A stretch of 64,000 nucleotides of DNA, from contig NC_042999.1 of the NCBI RefSeq assembly GCF_006345805.1, positions 54,374,001 to 54,438,000 of the forward strand. The letters run 5' to 3'. The notes under the pieces are model-generated. The model saw only the letters and a list, made by a program, of their open reading frames with translations. It did no database searches and was not told the DNA's origin. The position numbers were made by a program, and so were the translations under genes. This stretch comes from Octopus sinensis (taxonomy: Eukaryota). This document shows, in pieces, positions 26,044 to 38,885 of the stretch (its first letter is position 1; each line of letters starts with the position of its first letter).

Positions 26044-26630
26044 CATATATGTATGTATACACACAGACACACAGACTCACAGACTCATACACACACATAT
26101 ACATATGTGTGTGTGTGTGTGTGAGCGCCCGAGTGCGAGCGTGTGTCTATTATCTTGTATATACATAAATTTAGACTCCATATAATGCACTTTTGTGATA
26201 TGAATGCTGCTGGTATGACATGCTGCGTTGATAAATTTTCTTTCCTCCTAGTTGCGATAAAAGAGGTTATATTTAGATGTCCGATCTCCTGCCTTTGTTT
26301 CAGAGTATGCATTATAATGAGTTATCTAAGAACAAGCTTCTTTCATACGTTGCCACACCTTCAAATACAATTGTCCTGGTTCTTCGTATTTACAAGCGAC
26401 TGGTGAGAGACATCTGAGCAAATTAGACGAGGTTTCCAAAACCATCTGTTCCTCTTCAAAGATTATGGGATTTTGAAAACGATCAACAAGTACACCAAGA
26501 GCCATGTTATACCAAAGCTACATCTACATCTCCATAAACTATTTACTCAGGGTCTGGATTATATATATGTATATATATAATATAAATTAGAGATAAAACC
26601 ACTATTATGCAACTCAAGCAGTGTTACTAA

Positions 26631-26663
<33 letters not shown>

Positions 26664-26760
26664 GTGTGTGTATACATATCATACATATATATGTTAAATA
26701 AAATGAGACAACAAAATCAAGGTTGTGTGGAATTTTCAGAACATTTATAAAAACAAAGTT

Positions 26761-26808
26761 TCTTACAGCTGTTTCTGGGATATTAGGAATATCCCTTCAT
26801 CAGAGACG
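26761..26808 (-). ncRNA. Type-I hammerhead motif, intact CUGAUGA core
   Basis: Minus strand: gtct-CTGATGA-A-GGGAT-attcctaat-ATCCC-A-GAAAC-agct-GTA-aga; there is an A.A apposition at the base of stem II. Confidence 0.7.
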
Positions 26809-27117
26809 ATGTGAAATGGTTAAATAGAGGGAAATATTAGAGTTAAATATGAGGAGCCCTTTTGGAAAAGGAAGCAAATAAGGAGTGTATAGTGAAGTAG
26901 GAGAATGAATGTAGAAATAAATGTAAAAATATATAAAAATATTATTGTTGCAGTTCCATTATCCAACTGCAACTGTAACATTTTTTTGCATTTTTATTTT
27001 TATTTTTATTTCTACAATCATTCTCCTATTTCTCCATATACTCCTTATTTGCTTCTTTTTCCAAAATAACTCTTCATATTGAACTCTACTATTTCCTTCT
27101 AGTTAACTCTATCATAT

Positions 27118-27165
27118 CGTCTCTGATAAAGGGATATCTCTATATCCCAGAAACAGCTGTAAGAC
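27118..27165 (+). ncRNA. Type-I hammerhead motif, G8A mutated
   Basis: gtct-CTGATAA-A-GGGATA-tctcta-TATCCC-A-GAAAC-agct-GTA-agac. Confidence 0.6.
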
Positions 27166-28404
27166 TACCTTTCTCTTTATCAATGTCCTGAAAATTCCAC
27201 ACAGCCTTGGCTTTGTTGTAACATTTTATTTAACATATACATGTTCACACAGGACTCGCATTAGACTCCTCACTCGTATCATTATCGAACCGAGAGTTTA
27301 ACTACGGCCATTCCATAGCATTGCCTGCCACCTTAGGCCTTCTGGATACCAATACCTCTCATATCATACATATATATTAATTGTGGGATAATCATAGTCC
27401 TGGTTATCACCTCATTAGCACATCGTACTGGATCCTGGCTAGCGTAGTATTCCAAAATCAAAAAGATTAATAAGATTTCTCTTGATATGAAGGGCGGCAC
27501 AACATAGCTCCAAGGTAATACCCAGTAGACTTAAAAGACGCCACGCAGAGTGAATGATAAAAATAATGATTTAATTGAGGAAAGAAGTCAGATTAGCTTT
27601 ACAATGGTTTCCGTAAACGGACGATATTTTTACTCCGCATCTCATAAAATATTATGTAACATTGTATGGAATAAGTATATTGTCTGTTTAAGGAAAGAAC
27701 TGTAATGTGAATTTTATTTCTCCTATACGCACAGAAACATTTTCAATCGATCTCTGTTGTGCCCCTACATACTTTCAAGACCAATCTGTATGTCTATGTA
27801 TTGATTAACCTTGAGGGAGAGGTCTGGCGATGTTTAAAGCCCAACACAAATTTTACAATTGATATGACTTTATTTTAAGTATTAAGTCCCCCACTCATTA
27901 ACAAACGTTTCTTTGTTACCCTTAAACCCACATAAATATAATAATTTTCTATATAACATACACGCAGATACAAACACTGACATTTCAAGAAAGATGCAGA
28001 CCCAAATATACATATTCATTCACAAACTTCTCCGCACAACAACATGGACTAAAATCTTCTTAAGAAAATATGAAATTACATTAATTTCAATGTCATGATT
28101 AGCGAAGGCGAAACCGGTCGCCAAACACAATATAAAATATAATTACAAATTTATTAAAACTATGTAAAGTGTGTGCATTTTCCTTCTTTTATTTTATATA
28201 TATAAATATAAAGGGTAAAAATTATTAAAATAATAATTTATACCAGTGGTTAGCATGCGTAAAAAAGGTCAGAAGACATAAATATTTTTATATATGTTAG
28301 CATTTTCCTTTGTGTTTTCAGTACGTATTCGAGTTTTTTAATTATATATCTTCAGCGATTCAACTGAAGATCCACGGATTGTTGATTCATTAAGTGATTA
28401 ATTA

Positions 28405-28800
28405 AATGATTTATTTATTGAGGCGGGAAAGGTATGCAGTAATATACATCTGGAAGATCCTGGAAGGAATTGTGCCGAATTTTGGCATTGAAAGCTACAG
28501 CAATGCCAGAACTTGTCGACACTGCACAGTGCCAAAGATCCCAGCAATGCCATCGCGCTTCAGGACCAGTTACTGCAACATCTTAGATTTCAAGAGCCCA
28601 CAGCTTTTTATTATTCTCCCAAAGAGTCTAGGGACCTGCGCAAAGTAGATGTAGGTGTTCTTAAATCAAGGCTGGACCTCTTCCTGTCGAGAGTCTCAGA
28701 TGAATCTACCTCACGGCAAGAGGTGCAAATGAGGGTAGCTACATCAAACTCCATTCTTTACCAAGTGTCACATATTAGGGGAGGCTCTCAGTAATAACAG
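28405..28800 (+). mobile_element. CR1-like LINE 3' end
   Basis: LRRERYAVIYIWKILEGIVPNFGI..KSPQLFIILPKSL..LKSRLDLFLSRVSDE. Confidence 0.85.
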
Positions 28801-29466
28801 TGTAGCAAAACGGCGGTGCTTCAGCATGGCCACAGCTCTGAGCTGAACTACAGAAAAAAATGGTGAAACTTCGGTGTATAGAATTAACTGATATTTGAAT
28901 TCTTTCAAATTCTCCTCCTCGTTTATAATCAAAGTGGGCCCCCAAATTTTTTTTTCGTGGTTTAAGGTTTTGACTGCCATTTTTAGCATGTAAGAAGACC
29001 ATATAGTGGTCTTCTCTCCGTGTATAAATTTGTATACACTGATATATATAGTAAAAATATTTATGTAGTCTGAATTTTTTTATGCATGCTAACCACTGGT
29101 ATAAATGATATTTTAATATTTTTTACCCTTTATATTTATATATTTAAATATTTTAATTCTTGGGTCGAACAATTCACAGTTGAATTTATTCACTGCTGTA
29201 CTATTTTGTACTATACTCTGATTGTGGATATTTGATGTGAATTCTTGATGTATAACGATGAATCGTTTTAGCATGTAAGAAGACCAGTATATAGTCTTCA
29301 CTCTGGGTATAACTTTTTATACACTCATATATACATGCATATATATATATATATGTTTATAAAGTTAATCCAAACATGAAAACACAAAGAGAAAACACAA
29401 CAATGCGAGGACGTGGAACAAGTATAGTGTTATTGAACGCTCAGGAAAGGAAAGAAAGAAGGAGGA

Positions 29467-29500
29467 TTTAACGTTTCGAGCGGAGCTCTTCGTCAGAAAC
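29467..29500 (-). ncRNA. Type-I hammerhead motif, canonical CUGACGA core, in a PLE terminal repeat (about 29365-29570)
   Basis: Minus strand: gttt-CTGACGA-A-GAGC-tcc-GCTC-GAAAC-GTT-aaat. Confidence 0.75.
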
Positions 29501-29626
29501 ATGGGAAAAGGAAAATCCAATGAAGGGAAGACGGAGGAAAAAAAAATCGCCAACGATACAAACGCGGTCACATATTGTATATGTATATGTATGTGTGTGT
29601 GTGTTGTATATATGTATGCATGCATG

Positions 29627-29692
<66 letters not shown>

Positions 29693-29973
29693 ATATATAC
29701 ACCCGGTGCTTATATATCAGAATTGCACGCCGAAATCCTCACACACACACTGACGAGCGCATGAACTTTAATTTCACTTCTATGTACATTTGGAAGTTGA
29801 GGACCAATAAACCTATTTCCCTTCGTAGTCAATTGAAACGACAGATATCAGGTCGTATTTCAGGGTGAAACTAAAGTTTCTTGGTAGATAACCTTTGTTG
29901 TAAAACAATCGTTAAAAATTGAGAGTGAAAACAAGCTGAATCATTGAATATGTAACGAGTGGAGGAGATTTAC

Positions 29974-30083
29974 ATCAACCGGAAATGACACTGCCTTTCC
30001 CTGGGTTAAATATTGATTTCTATCATTGGCACACGGCAACAGTTTAGTGGCTGGGGTGTCGATTAGCAACTCGGCGTCGCTAT
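29974..30083 (-). other. Candidate spliced exon, product unrecognised
   Basis: Pyrimidine-rich ..GGCTCCAAAG acceptor, open frame DSDAELLIDTPATKLLPCANDRNQYLTQGKAVSFPVD, donor GTAAAT. Confidence 0.2.
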
Positions 30084-30474
30084 CTTTGGAGCCAGTCAAA
30101 AGAATTTTGCAGAAACAGACATCCAACATAGTCTTGGTTGGGATCGTCAAACTAATTAATTAAAAGCTAATATTAGCTCTTACCTTTTACTTGACGGAGA
30201 CATTGCACTACGACCAAGCTGGAGCATTGCCTGGAAGAATATTAGGTCAAATGAATCAACCCACCCCCGTACTTATTTTGTTTTGGGGTTTTTTAAAAAA
30301 TTTTTTTTAGAATTTGAAATCAGGTGCTTATTCTATCGGACTCTTTTGCCGAATCGCTAATATACGGGGACGTAAACACATCAACACCGATTTTCAAGCG
30401 GTGGTGGTCACACACATACATACACACACATAATTCTATATATACATGAAACATATTAGATTATTCTGAAGGGC

Positions 30475-30695
30475 GCAAAGGCGGCGAGCAGTCAGACTCG
30501 TTAGCGCGTTGGGAAAAAGCTTAGCGGCATCTCATCAGTGTGCACGTTCTGAGTTCAAATTCCACTGTGGTCGACTTTGTATTTTATTCTTTTGTTGTCG
30601 ATAAAATAAGTAACGGTTGAACCCTAGGGGGTCGATGTATTCGATTAATCCCCTTCCACTATATTTCATGTCTTATGCCTATAGTAAAATGAATT
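30475..30695 (+). mobile_element. SINE family A (diverged)
   Basis: GGCGGCGAGC..GTTAGCGCG..GTTCTGAGTTCAAATTCC..GGTCGACTTTG. Confidence 0.8.
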
Positions 30696-31074
30696 ATTCT
30701 AAGGGACACAATAGTGAGTTGCTATAATGTTGGGGGAGTTTTATTCACATCTCACCGCAAAGATTCCAGATAGGACAAAGTTGCAATATTCTTTTTTATC
30801 TTTAGATGCGAAAACAGAGGAAAATACTGAGTTAATTGGTAAAATTACCGAACAGAAAACGGAGTATTATTTAGAAATGGCGTCATGTCAAACCACTTAA
30901 ATTTTATTTAACATGAAAGAGAGTTTAACAGTTTGCAATTGCGAAAAATGCTACAAAATGATATGCTTCCTTTAAAGTGAAGAAGCGACAAGACAGAACA
31001 AATATTTATGTATGTGTATATCCATGTGTGTGTATTATGATATATAATATATACAATAAAATGTTTCATATGTT

Positions 31075-31720
31075 ATATAGGCACAGGCGTGGCTGTGTGG
31101 TAAGATGCTTACTTCCAAACCATTTGGTTCCGAGAACAGTCCCACAGCGTGGCACCTTGAGCAACTGTCTTCTGCCATAGCCCCGAGCCGACCAAATCCT
31201 TGTGAGTGGATTTGGCAGACAAAAAAATTAAAAGCCTGCCGTGTATATATATATATATATATTATATATATATATGATACAGGCTTCTTTCAGTTTCTGT
31301 CTACCAAATCCATTCATATGGTTCCGGGTTCAATCCCACTGCGTGGCATCTCGGGCCGACCAAAGCCTTGTGAGCGAATTTGGTAGACGGAAACTGAAAG
31401 AAGCCTGTTATATATATGTGTGTGTGCGTGTGTGTGTATGCATGTATGTATGTATGTATGTATGTATGTATGTATGTATGTATGTATGTATGTATATGCA
31501 TCTCTATATGTTTGTGTGTTTGTGTTTGTCACCCCAACATCGCTTGACAACCGATGCAGGTGTGTTTATGTCCATGTAACTTAGCGGTTCGGCAAAAGAT
31601 TCCGATAGAATAAGTGCTAGACTTAGGAAGAATAAGTTCTGGAGTCGATTTGCTCGACTAAAGACAGTCCTCCAGGATGGCCCCAGTCAAATTACTGAAG
31701 CAAATAAAAGAACAGTCTGC
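31075..31720 (+). mobile_element. Cluster of SINE family B pieces, including a short inverted piece at about 31280-31340
   Basis: GTGGCTGTGTGGTAAG head, CORE-like domain and 3' half are visible. Confidence 0.8.
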
Positions 31721-32479
31721 CGAACCAGATATAACATCTTAATTGCTAATAGTTGGCACGGAGAACGTAGAAGAGTTCAATACAAGATCAGAGGTGGGCT
31801 TCCACACGGAAAACACGAGCAACGCACGGGCCCAACAGCTAGTACATACATGCATACATACATACATGCATACATACATACATACATACATACATACATA
31901 CATACATACATACATACATACATACATACATACATGCATACATACATACATACATACATACATACATACATACATACATACATACATACATAAACTATTG
32001 TCTGACTTGAAATTTCAATGAAGGCGCCTTGGATCTAGTTTAGAAACCGGCTCTTTTTCTATTCGCAACGAATCTTGAAATAAAATTGAATAATGACATA
32101 CATACATACATACATACATACATACACACATACGTACCTGCATGCATATACACACGCACGCACACACGGATGCACGGACGCACACACACAAATACACACG
32201 CACAGACATACATACATTTAGATATATATGAGCATGATTAGATATGCAACTATATGCCCGAGAATGTGTACATAAAACAAAACATACAAATCTGCACATA
32301 TACATACATACATACATACATACATACATACATACATACATACATACATACATACATACATACATAAATACATACCCTGTTGTTGATGTTGAAATTCCCG
32401 TGAAGGAGTATGGGATCTAGATTAGAAACCGGCTCTTTCTCTATTGGCAAGAAATCTTGAAATAAAACTGACCAATGAC

Positions 32480-32750
32480 ACAGACAACGAGTTCCCAATC
32501 GATCCGATCAGCTGAACAGCCTGCTCGTGAAATTAACGTTCGGGTGGCTGAGCACTCCACAGGCCCTTGGTCTATTTTTCAGGGGAATTCAACGTCACAC
32601 AGAATGCGACAAGGCTGGCCCTGTGAATTACAGGTACTACTCTCATTTTTGCACAGATGAATGGAGAGAAGAAGCGAGAAATAAAGTGTCTTGCTCAATG
32701 ATCTTACAACCATGGGACAAACGCTCTAACCATTAAGCCACGCGCATCCA
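32480..32750 (-). mobile_element. Diverged tRNA-SINE related to 52462-52849
   Basis: Shares GAACAGCCTGCTCGTGAAATTAACG..GTGGCTGAGCAC..CACAG. Confidence 0.7.
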
Positions 32751-32960
32751 CATACACCCCCACCTTATACATGTGCTAGTATACGTGGAGACAGACGTGC
32801 GGATTTCCTAAGTATCAAACGGGGACGCGCGGCGAGCCTTATAAGAAGTTGTCACTCTTTATCATATTCAAATATTGTGTATCGACTTCTAACGAGATTT
32901 ATTCACTGCATAACTTATGCAGTTATTTTTCAAACACCAGCCATATTGCCTTATACATTA

Positions 32961-32997
<37 letters not shown>

Positions 32998-33117
32998 TGT
33001 GTGTGTCTATATATGTATACATTTGTATGTATATGTGTATATATATCTATAGATATATGCATAAATATATATATACATATATATATATATTTATACACAC
33101 ACACACGCACACACACA

Positions 33118-33224
<107 letters not shown>

Positions 33225-33730
33225 CTTACATATATATACACACACATATATATATATATGTAAATATATTTGCGAGAGAATGTGTTTTAGCCATCTCCTT
33301 ACTTCCGGTTCTCTCGCCAACATTATTTACACACTGTTGTCAAGTCTATCTTATCCAACAGCACATACAGAACCCACGTAGTAATCGGTAGACAAGTAGC
33401 TTTTTGTTCTCTAATGAAGCTGACCTTTAACTCTATTTTCAACCAAAGGTGAAACACGGTTCTCTTATTTCTCTTTCTGTCTCCTTTTTTACTATTATTT
33501 CGCAGCAGGTCCCACAGCTATCAAGCTATGTTCTCTCTTCAGGAAATAGACAAACAATGTCTCTCTCTTTCTGCTCACCATCAAAACATCTATTTTACAT
33601 ACATCAAGTATGTTTCTTTCCCTGGCTTGTCTTGCTTTTTATTCGAGATTTATCTTTTATCTTTTCTCTTGTAGTTGTTTCGGCCCTTAGACTGCGACCA
33701 TGCTGCAGCACTGCCGTTTTATATATATAT

Positions 33731-33780
<50 letters not shown>

Positions 33781-33943
33781 ATATATATCTGCCACCAAAC
33801 ATTATTACTGTGTCCATACAAGCATTCTTTGACTTCATAGTTTTCTACTAAAAACAAAGAAACAGATCCATCGCATTCATGTACATTTTCATCACACAGA
33901 ATAATGAACTTACCAGAAATAACGCGCACGCACACACACACAC

Positions 33944-33975
<32 letters not shown>

Positions 33976-34136
33976 ACACACACACACACACACAAGCGCG
34001 CACACACACACACATACACACACACACAATGAATGACACTCAGATGTACATAGGTGCATACCAACGTATGCAAACACATACGTACAGAAACACACATATA
34101 CGCAAAGTATGCATGTAAATGTAAGTATGTATATAC

Positions 34137-34187
<51 letters not shown>

Positions 34188-34493
34188 ACATATATTTATA
34201 TTTATATATATATATACATATATTTATATATATACATATATATATGAATATTTATATATATGCATATATATATATATCCATATATATGTATATATGTTTA
34301 CATATATATTCCTATACATATATGTGTGGTGTGCGTATACATACATACATACATACATACATACATACACATACAGGACAGTCAATCATGCGATGCATAA
34401 TTACATTACTTTTACTTCCCATTCTTGTTGTTATGAAAAGTTTCAAGTAACGAATGGATGCAATACACAGACACACGTACATACATACACACA

Positions 34494-34579
<86 letters not shown>

Positions 34580-34739
34580 TACACACACACACGCTGTTTA
34601 TCAAGCATTTCAATATGTGAGAAGTATGTTTAATGTTTATAACATATTGATATGTTTAAAACATTTTCTGTTGGTTGAAAATAATTAAATAAAGAAAGAT
34701 AATAAGTTTTGTGGACGAGAGAAAAAACCCAAAAACAAC

Positions 34740-34960
34740 TGGTTTAGTTTTATCCGCCACGGTTTCCGCCCGAAAGATACTTTGTCTGTTACAACATCCA
34801 AATGGATTTAACTCAATCCTGATGCCATCAACTGGATCACGACTGATCCAATGTATCTTGATTTCAGCAAAATATTTGATGCTGTCGACCGTGGCGTGTC
34901 GGAGGCTGAGGACAGTTTAATGGAAAGGTCGGTAATGTGGTTGCTAGGTTTCTAGAATGA
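34740..34960 (+). mobile_element. CR1/L2-type RT fragment
   Basis: GFRP..; MYLDFSKIFDAVDRG (equivalent to the YLDF.KAFD.V.H motif). Confidence 0.7.
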
Positions 34961-35172
34961 GAGAAGTAAGGGTATCGCAAGAATTGCTACTTGATGTGAA
35001 AGTCTTCCGCAATAAAAAGGATCACCACAAGGTATTTTTAAGGACCCTCTGTTTTTATTACGCTCTCAAATATAAAGGGGATCCACGCGCGCACGCGCAC
35101 ACACACACATATGCACATTATATCACACGCATATATATGCATATTAAACACATATGTACATGTGAATAAATA

Positions 35173-35218
<46 letters not shown>

Positions 35219-35269
35219 ACACACACACACTCGCACATATATATATATAATATATATATATATATATCA

Positions 35270-36260
35270 TACACACACATATATATGCATATCATACATA
35301 CACATATATATGCATATTACACACACACACAAATACACAAACACACACATACACTCGCACATATATATATATATATCTCATACACACACATATATATATA
35401 TATATTATATATATATATATATGTACATACACACACACACGCACACACACACAAATACACAAATACACATGCACACGCCAGCAGGCACACACACACACAT
35501 ATATACGTACACAACACACACGCACACACACACACAAATACACAAATACACATGCACACGCCAGCAGGCACACACACACCTATATATACGCACACAACAC
35601 ACACACGCACACACACACAAATACACACGCACATGCAAGCAGGCACACACACACACATATACGCACACAACACACACACGCACACACACACATATATACG
35701 TACACAACACACACGCACACACACAAACACAAATATACAAATACACACGCACGCAGGCACACACACACACACACATATACGCACACAACACACACACGCA
35801 CACAAACACGCACACACAAATACACACACACGCACTCGCACTCACACACACACATATATATATATTACATAAACACGCACACACATAGATGTTCTATGGC
35901 TTGGTGCAAAAGCTGTAGTTTCTCCGACACAGCCTCAATCTGTCAACTTCTGGCTGGGAGCTCTGTCTCTGGCCACTGCAGTCTTGATTTACGTCAAATA
36001 CTGCCATAACGTTAACCCTCTCGAAGCCATTTGCCTTAAATAGGTTACACTACTCAGGTATCTCATTTGTCAAATATTTCTGGAGTCAAGTAACCCCAGG
36101 CAGCCACCTAAACGATTAGGAAATGCACAAACCATTACGCCTATACACTCTTACACACACACATACACACACTAGACACACACATATGCATACACACACA
36201 CACAAACACATACACAAACACACATGCACGCAGGCACACAAACTCACGCATATTTATATT
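35270..36260. repeat. CA/TA-derived higher-order minisatellite interrupted by unique DNA at 35890-36125
   Basis: Unit ..CACAAATACACAAATACACATGCACACGCCAGCAGGCACAC.. repeated about 5 times, plus one related unit after 36130. Confidence 0.75.
35890..36125 (-). mobile_element. Probable L1/Tx1 ORF2 post-RT fragment
   Basis: Minus translation PNRLGGCLGLLDSRNI*QMRYL..LRQM..LTLWQYL resembles the P..GGLG.PD..W motif. Confidence 0.45.
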
Positions 36261-36420
36261 CACATAAACATATACGTATACATATATATATATATATAAA
36301 ATAATGAGGAATATAAATTGAATATTAATTTAATTAATACCAATTTAAAACCAGTAGCCTAGCATACAAAAATCTGAAAAATCACAGAAAATTTTAATAC
36401 ATGTGTATATCTAAAGGGCT

Positions 36421-36501
36421 AAAAAACCACTAGGTGGTCAGCCGTATGCTAGAAGTAGGTGATCTACTTCTAGCATACGGCTGACCACCTAGTGGTTTTT
36501 T
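36421..36501. repeat. Perfect hairpin with 38-bp arms and a 5-nt loop
   Basis: AAAAAACCACTAGGTGGTCAGCCGTATGCTAGAAGTAG-gtgat-reverse complement. Confidence 0.95.
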
Positions 36502-36897
36502 ACCTCTTTAAATATACATATATATATTAGAAGGTTTGGAGATGATGTACAGGTATCATATATTAGAATAAATGAGGTACTCAGAAATCTGGATGATATT
36601 TACAGATATTTATTAGTATGTTACATGTTTTTATAAATCATATATCATATATTGTCTTATATATTTTGGTGTTGCATATTTTGCAGATTTGCGTTAGGTA
36701 TTCTGCGTGTGTGGTATAAGTCCGTTCTGGGTCTAATTCAGTTCCATTCTTTTCGATGTTGTGCATTCCTGTGACGTTCTCTGTAATTTTTGGTATCCTC
36801 TGTTTGTGGGTCTGATATATATATATATATATATATATATGCATACACACACACTTATAAATATGGATACATCTATGTATATATATATATATATATA

Positions 36898-37984
36898 TAT
36901 AAGAGAATAGTAAAGAGTGAAAAAACGACAGAAGGCTTAAATGTTAAAAAATATATATATATGCGTCAAAATGTCTGGAGAATATTGGAAAAAATTTTTT
37001 CCTCCTTAAAACCTTCTTTGTTTCTGGGGTTGTATGTAGATATGTAAGGTAGTATACCTTACATATCTACATACAACCCCAGAAACAAAGAAGCTTTCAC
37101 CATCATCACCCAGAATTTACCAATACTTCATAAAAACCCCAAATTAAAGGAAATTCTAAACATACACCAAATCATTAAAAGCTACAAACAGCCTAAATCA
37201 CTTAAAAAGATTCTCACAAAGGCAAAATTGTCTTCTAAAATTACGGATGCAAAAGTAAAAAAATGTGGTAGATCGAACTGTGCAACATGTCCTAACCTAT
37301 TGGAGGATCAGAATTCTTCTTTAAAGAGAGACAGAAATTCAAGATCAAAGCTAACTTAACTTGTGCCTCTGAAAACATAATTTATGTCATTAAATGCTCG
37401 GGCTGCCACCAAGACTACGTGGGTTCCACGGACTATCACTCAGACGTAGATGCACACTGCATCGACAACAGATTGCATTCCCAGAATATAGAATGATACC
37501 TTTAGTGAACACATTGAGAAATGCGCAAAGCAACTACAACCACAATTTTTAATCTTTCCATGTTACCAATGTGCTTTCGGATCATCATCACAAATTAGAC
37601 TAAATAAGGAACATTCTTCATTGAAAAGTACAAACCAGACTCAACTATCCGAACTCAATAATACAGAGAATTCACACTAAAGGAAAAAAAATTTTTTTAA
37701 GCGATTATTTCCCTTACACCGGAAGAAATCACTCACTACTTTCCCTTATTTAGAACTCTCCGTAGCAAAAATACAAGGATTACGTTATTAAAAATAAACA
37801 TTAAGTCACAAGAAATTTGAAGAGCTAACTGCGAAACCGGTATTTCTTTTAAAATTATAAAATTATGTCATTTTAAGGAGGAAAAAAATTTTTCCAATAT
37901 TCTCCAGACATTTTGACGCAAATATATATATTTTTTAACATTTAAGCCTTCTGTCGTTTTTTCACTCTTTACTATTCTCTTATA
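36898..37984 (+). mobile_element. 5'-truncated Neptune-type PLE with inverted 5' terminal copy; degraded GIY-YIG at about 37055-37660
   Basis: TYNPRNK..CGRSNCATC..CASENIIYVIKCSGCHQDYVGST..EHFFIEKYKPD; inverted arms at 36898-37011 and 37871-37984; HHR remnant TTGAAGA-GC-taact-GC-GAAACCGGTA at about 37808-37845. Confidence 0.85.
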
Positions 37985-38034
37985 TATTCACCCACGTGCT
38001 TTACCAAACAAACTTTCTTATCTATATATATATA

Positions 38035-38225
38035 TATATTCTTTTATTGTTTCAGTCATTTGATTGGGATCACGCTGGAGCACAGCGTTTAGTCGAACAA
38101 ATCGACCCCAGTACTTATTATTTGTAAGCCTGGTACTTATTCAATCGGTCTCTTTTCCGGAACCGTTAGATTTCGGGGACGTAAACACACCAACATCGGT
38201 TGTCAAGCGATGGTAGGGGTACAAA
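38035..38225 (-). mobile_element. SINE family B, 3' half
   Basis: GTTTCAGTCATTTGA..GCTGGAGCAC..TTTAGTCGAACAAATCGACCCCAG. Confidence 0.8.
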
Positions 38226-38258
38226 CACAGAAACACGCACGCACAACATTATATATGC

Positions 38259-38301
<43 letters not shown>

Positions 38302-38325
38302 TAATATATATAGTATGTATGTATG

Positions 38326-38379
<54 letters not shown>

Positions 38380-38435
38380 GATATATATAAATATATATAC
38401 ATATATATTTAGATATATAAATATATATACATATA

Positions 38436-38484
<49 letters not shown>

Positions 38485-38539
38485 ACGACGGTCTTCTTTC
38501 AGTTTATATGACTGTTATACGTATGTGTGTTGGGTCTAG

Positions 38540-38885
38540 GTTGTCTTAATGCGGGTTCTCACGGGGTTCTAGCATAGTGCATGTGTGGTCTGTTGTGATT
38601 CTGATTGTTATTGTGTCGTTGCGATGTGATTGAAATATATGTTGTTTGAGCCTAGTATTAGGGATGTATTTTATTTGATGGGAGAAGCTGCTGGCAGCGA
38701 GCACTTGGTTGTAATATGGTGCATGGTTATTGAATACTTCCTTAGTGGAAGAGAGCTCAGATATACGGATCAAGATATCCTTGACTATGTTATCAAAAGT
38801 GGATTTGTGGTGATTGAAATGAATGCTTATGTAGTTAAGGTATTGGCTAGGTTTGTGATAAGGGAAGTACTGGGAGGTTTGTAAG
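38540..38885 (-). mobile_element. PLE RT C-terminal fragment
   Basis: PYHKPSQYLNYISIHFNHHKSTFDNIVKDILIRISELSSTKEVFNNHAPYYNQVLAASSF. Confidence 0.8.

Larger units (their letters stand above)
26690..27240. repeat. PLE-derived palindrome with arms of about 270 bp (centre about 26960) and an HHR motif in each arm
   Basis: Arms are diverged reverse complements; the central GTTGCAGTT..AACTGCAAC hairpin marks the axis. Confidence 0.85.

Noticed and set aside
35890-36045. Plus-strand tail-anchored-like peptide FWLGALSLATAVLIYVKY
   Set aside because: The acceptor lies in a CA repeat with no pyrimidine tract, and the antisense strand fits an L1/Tx1 motif better.
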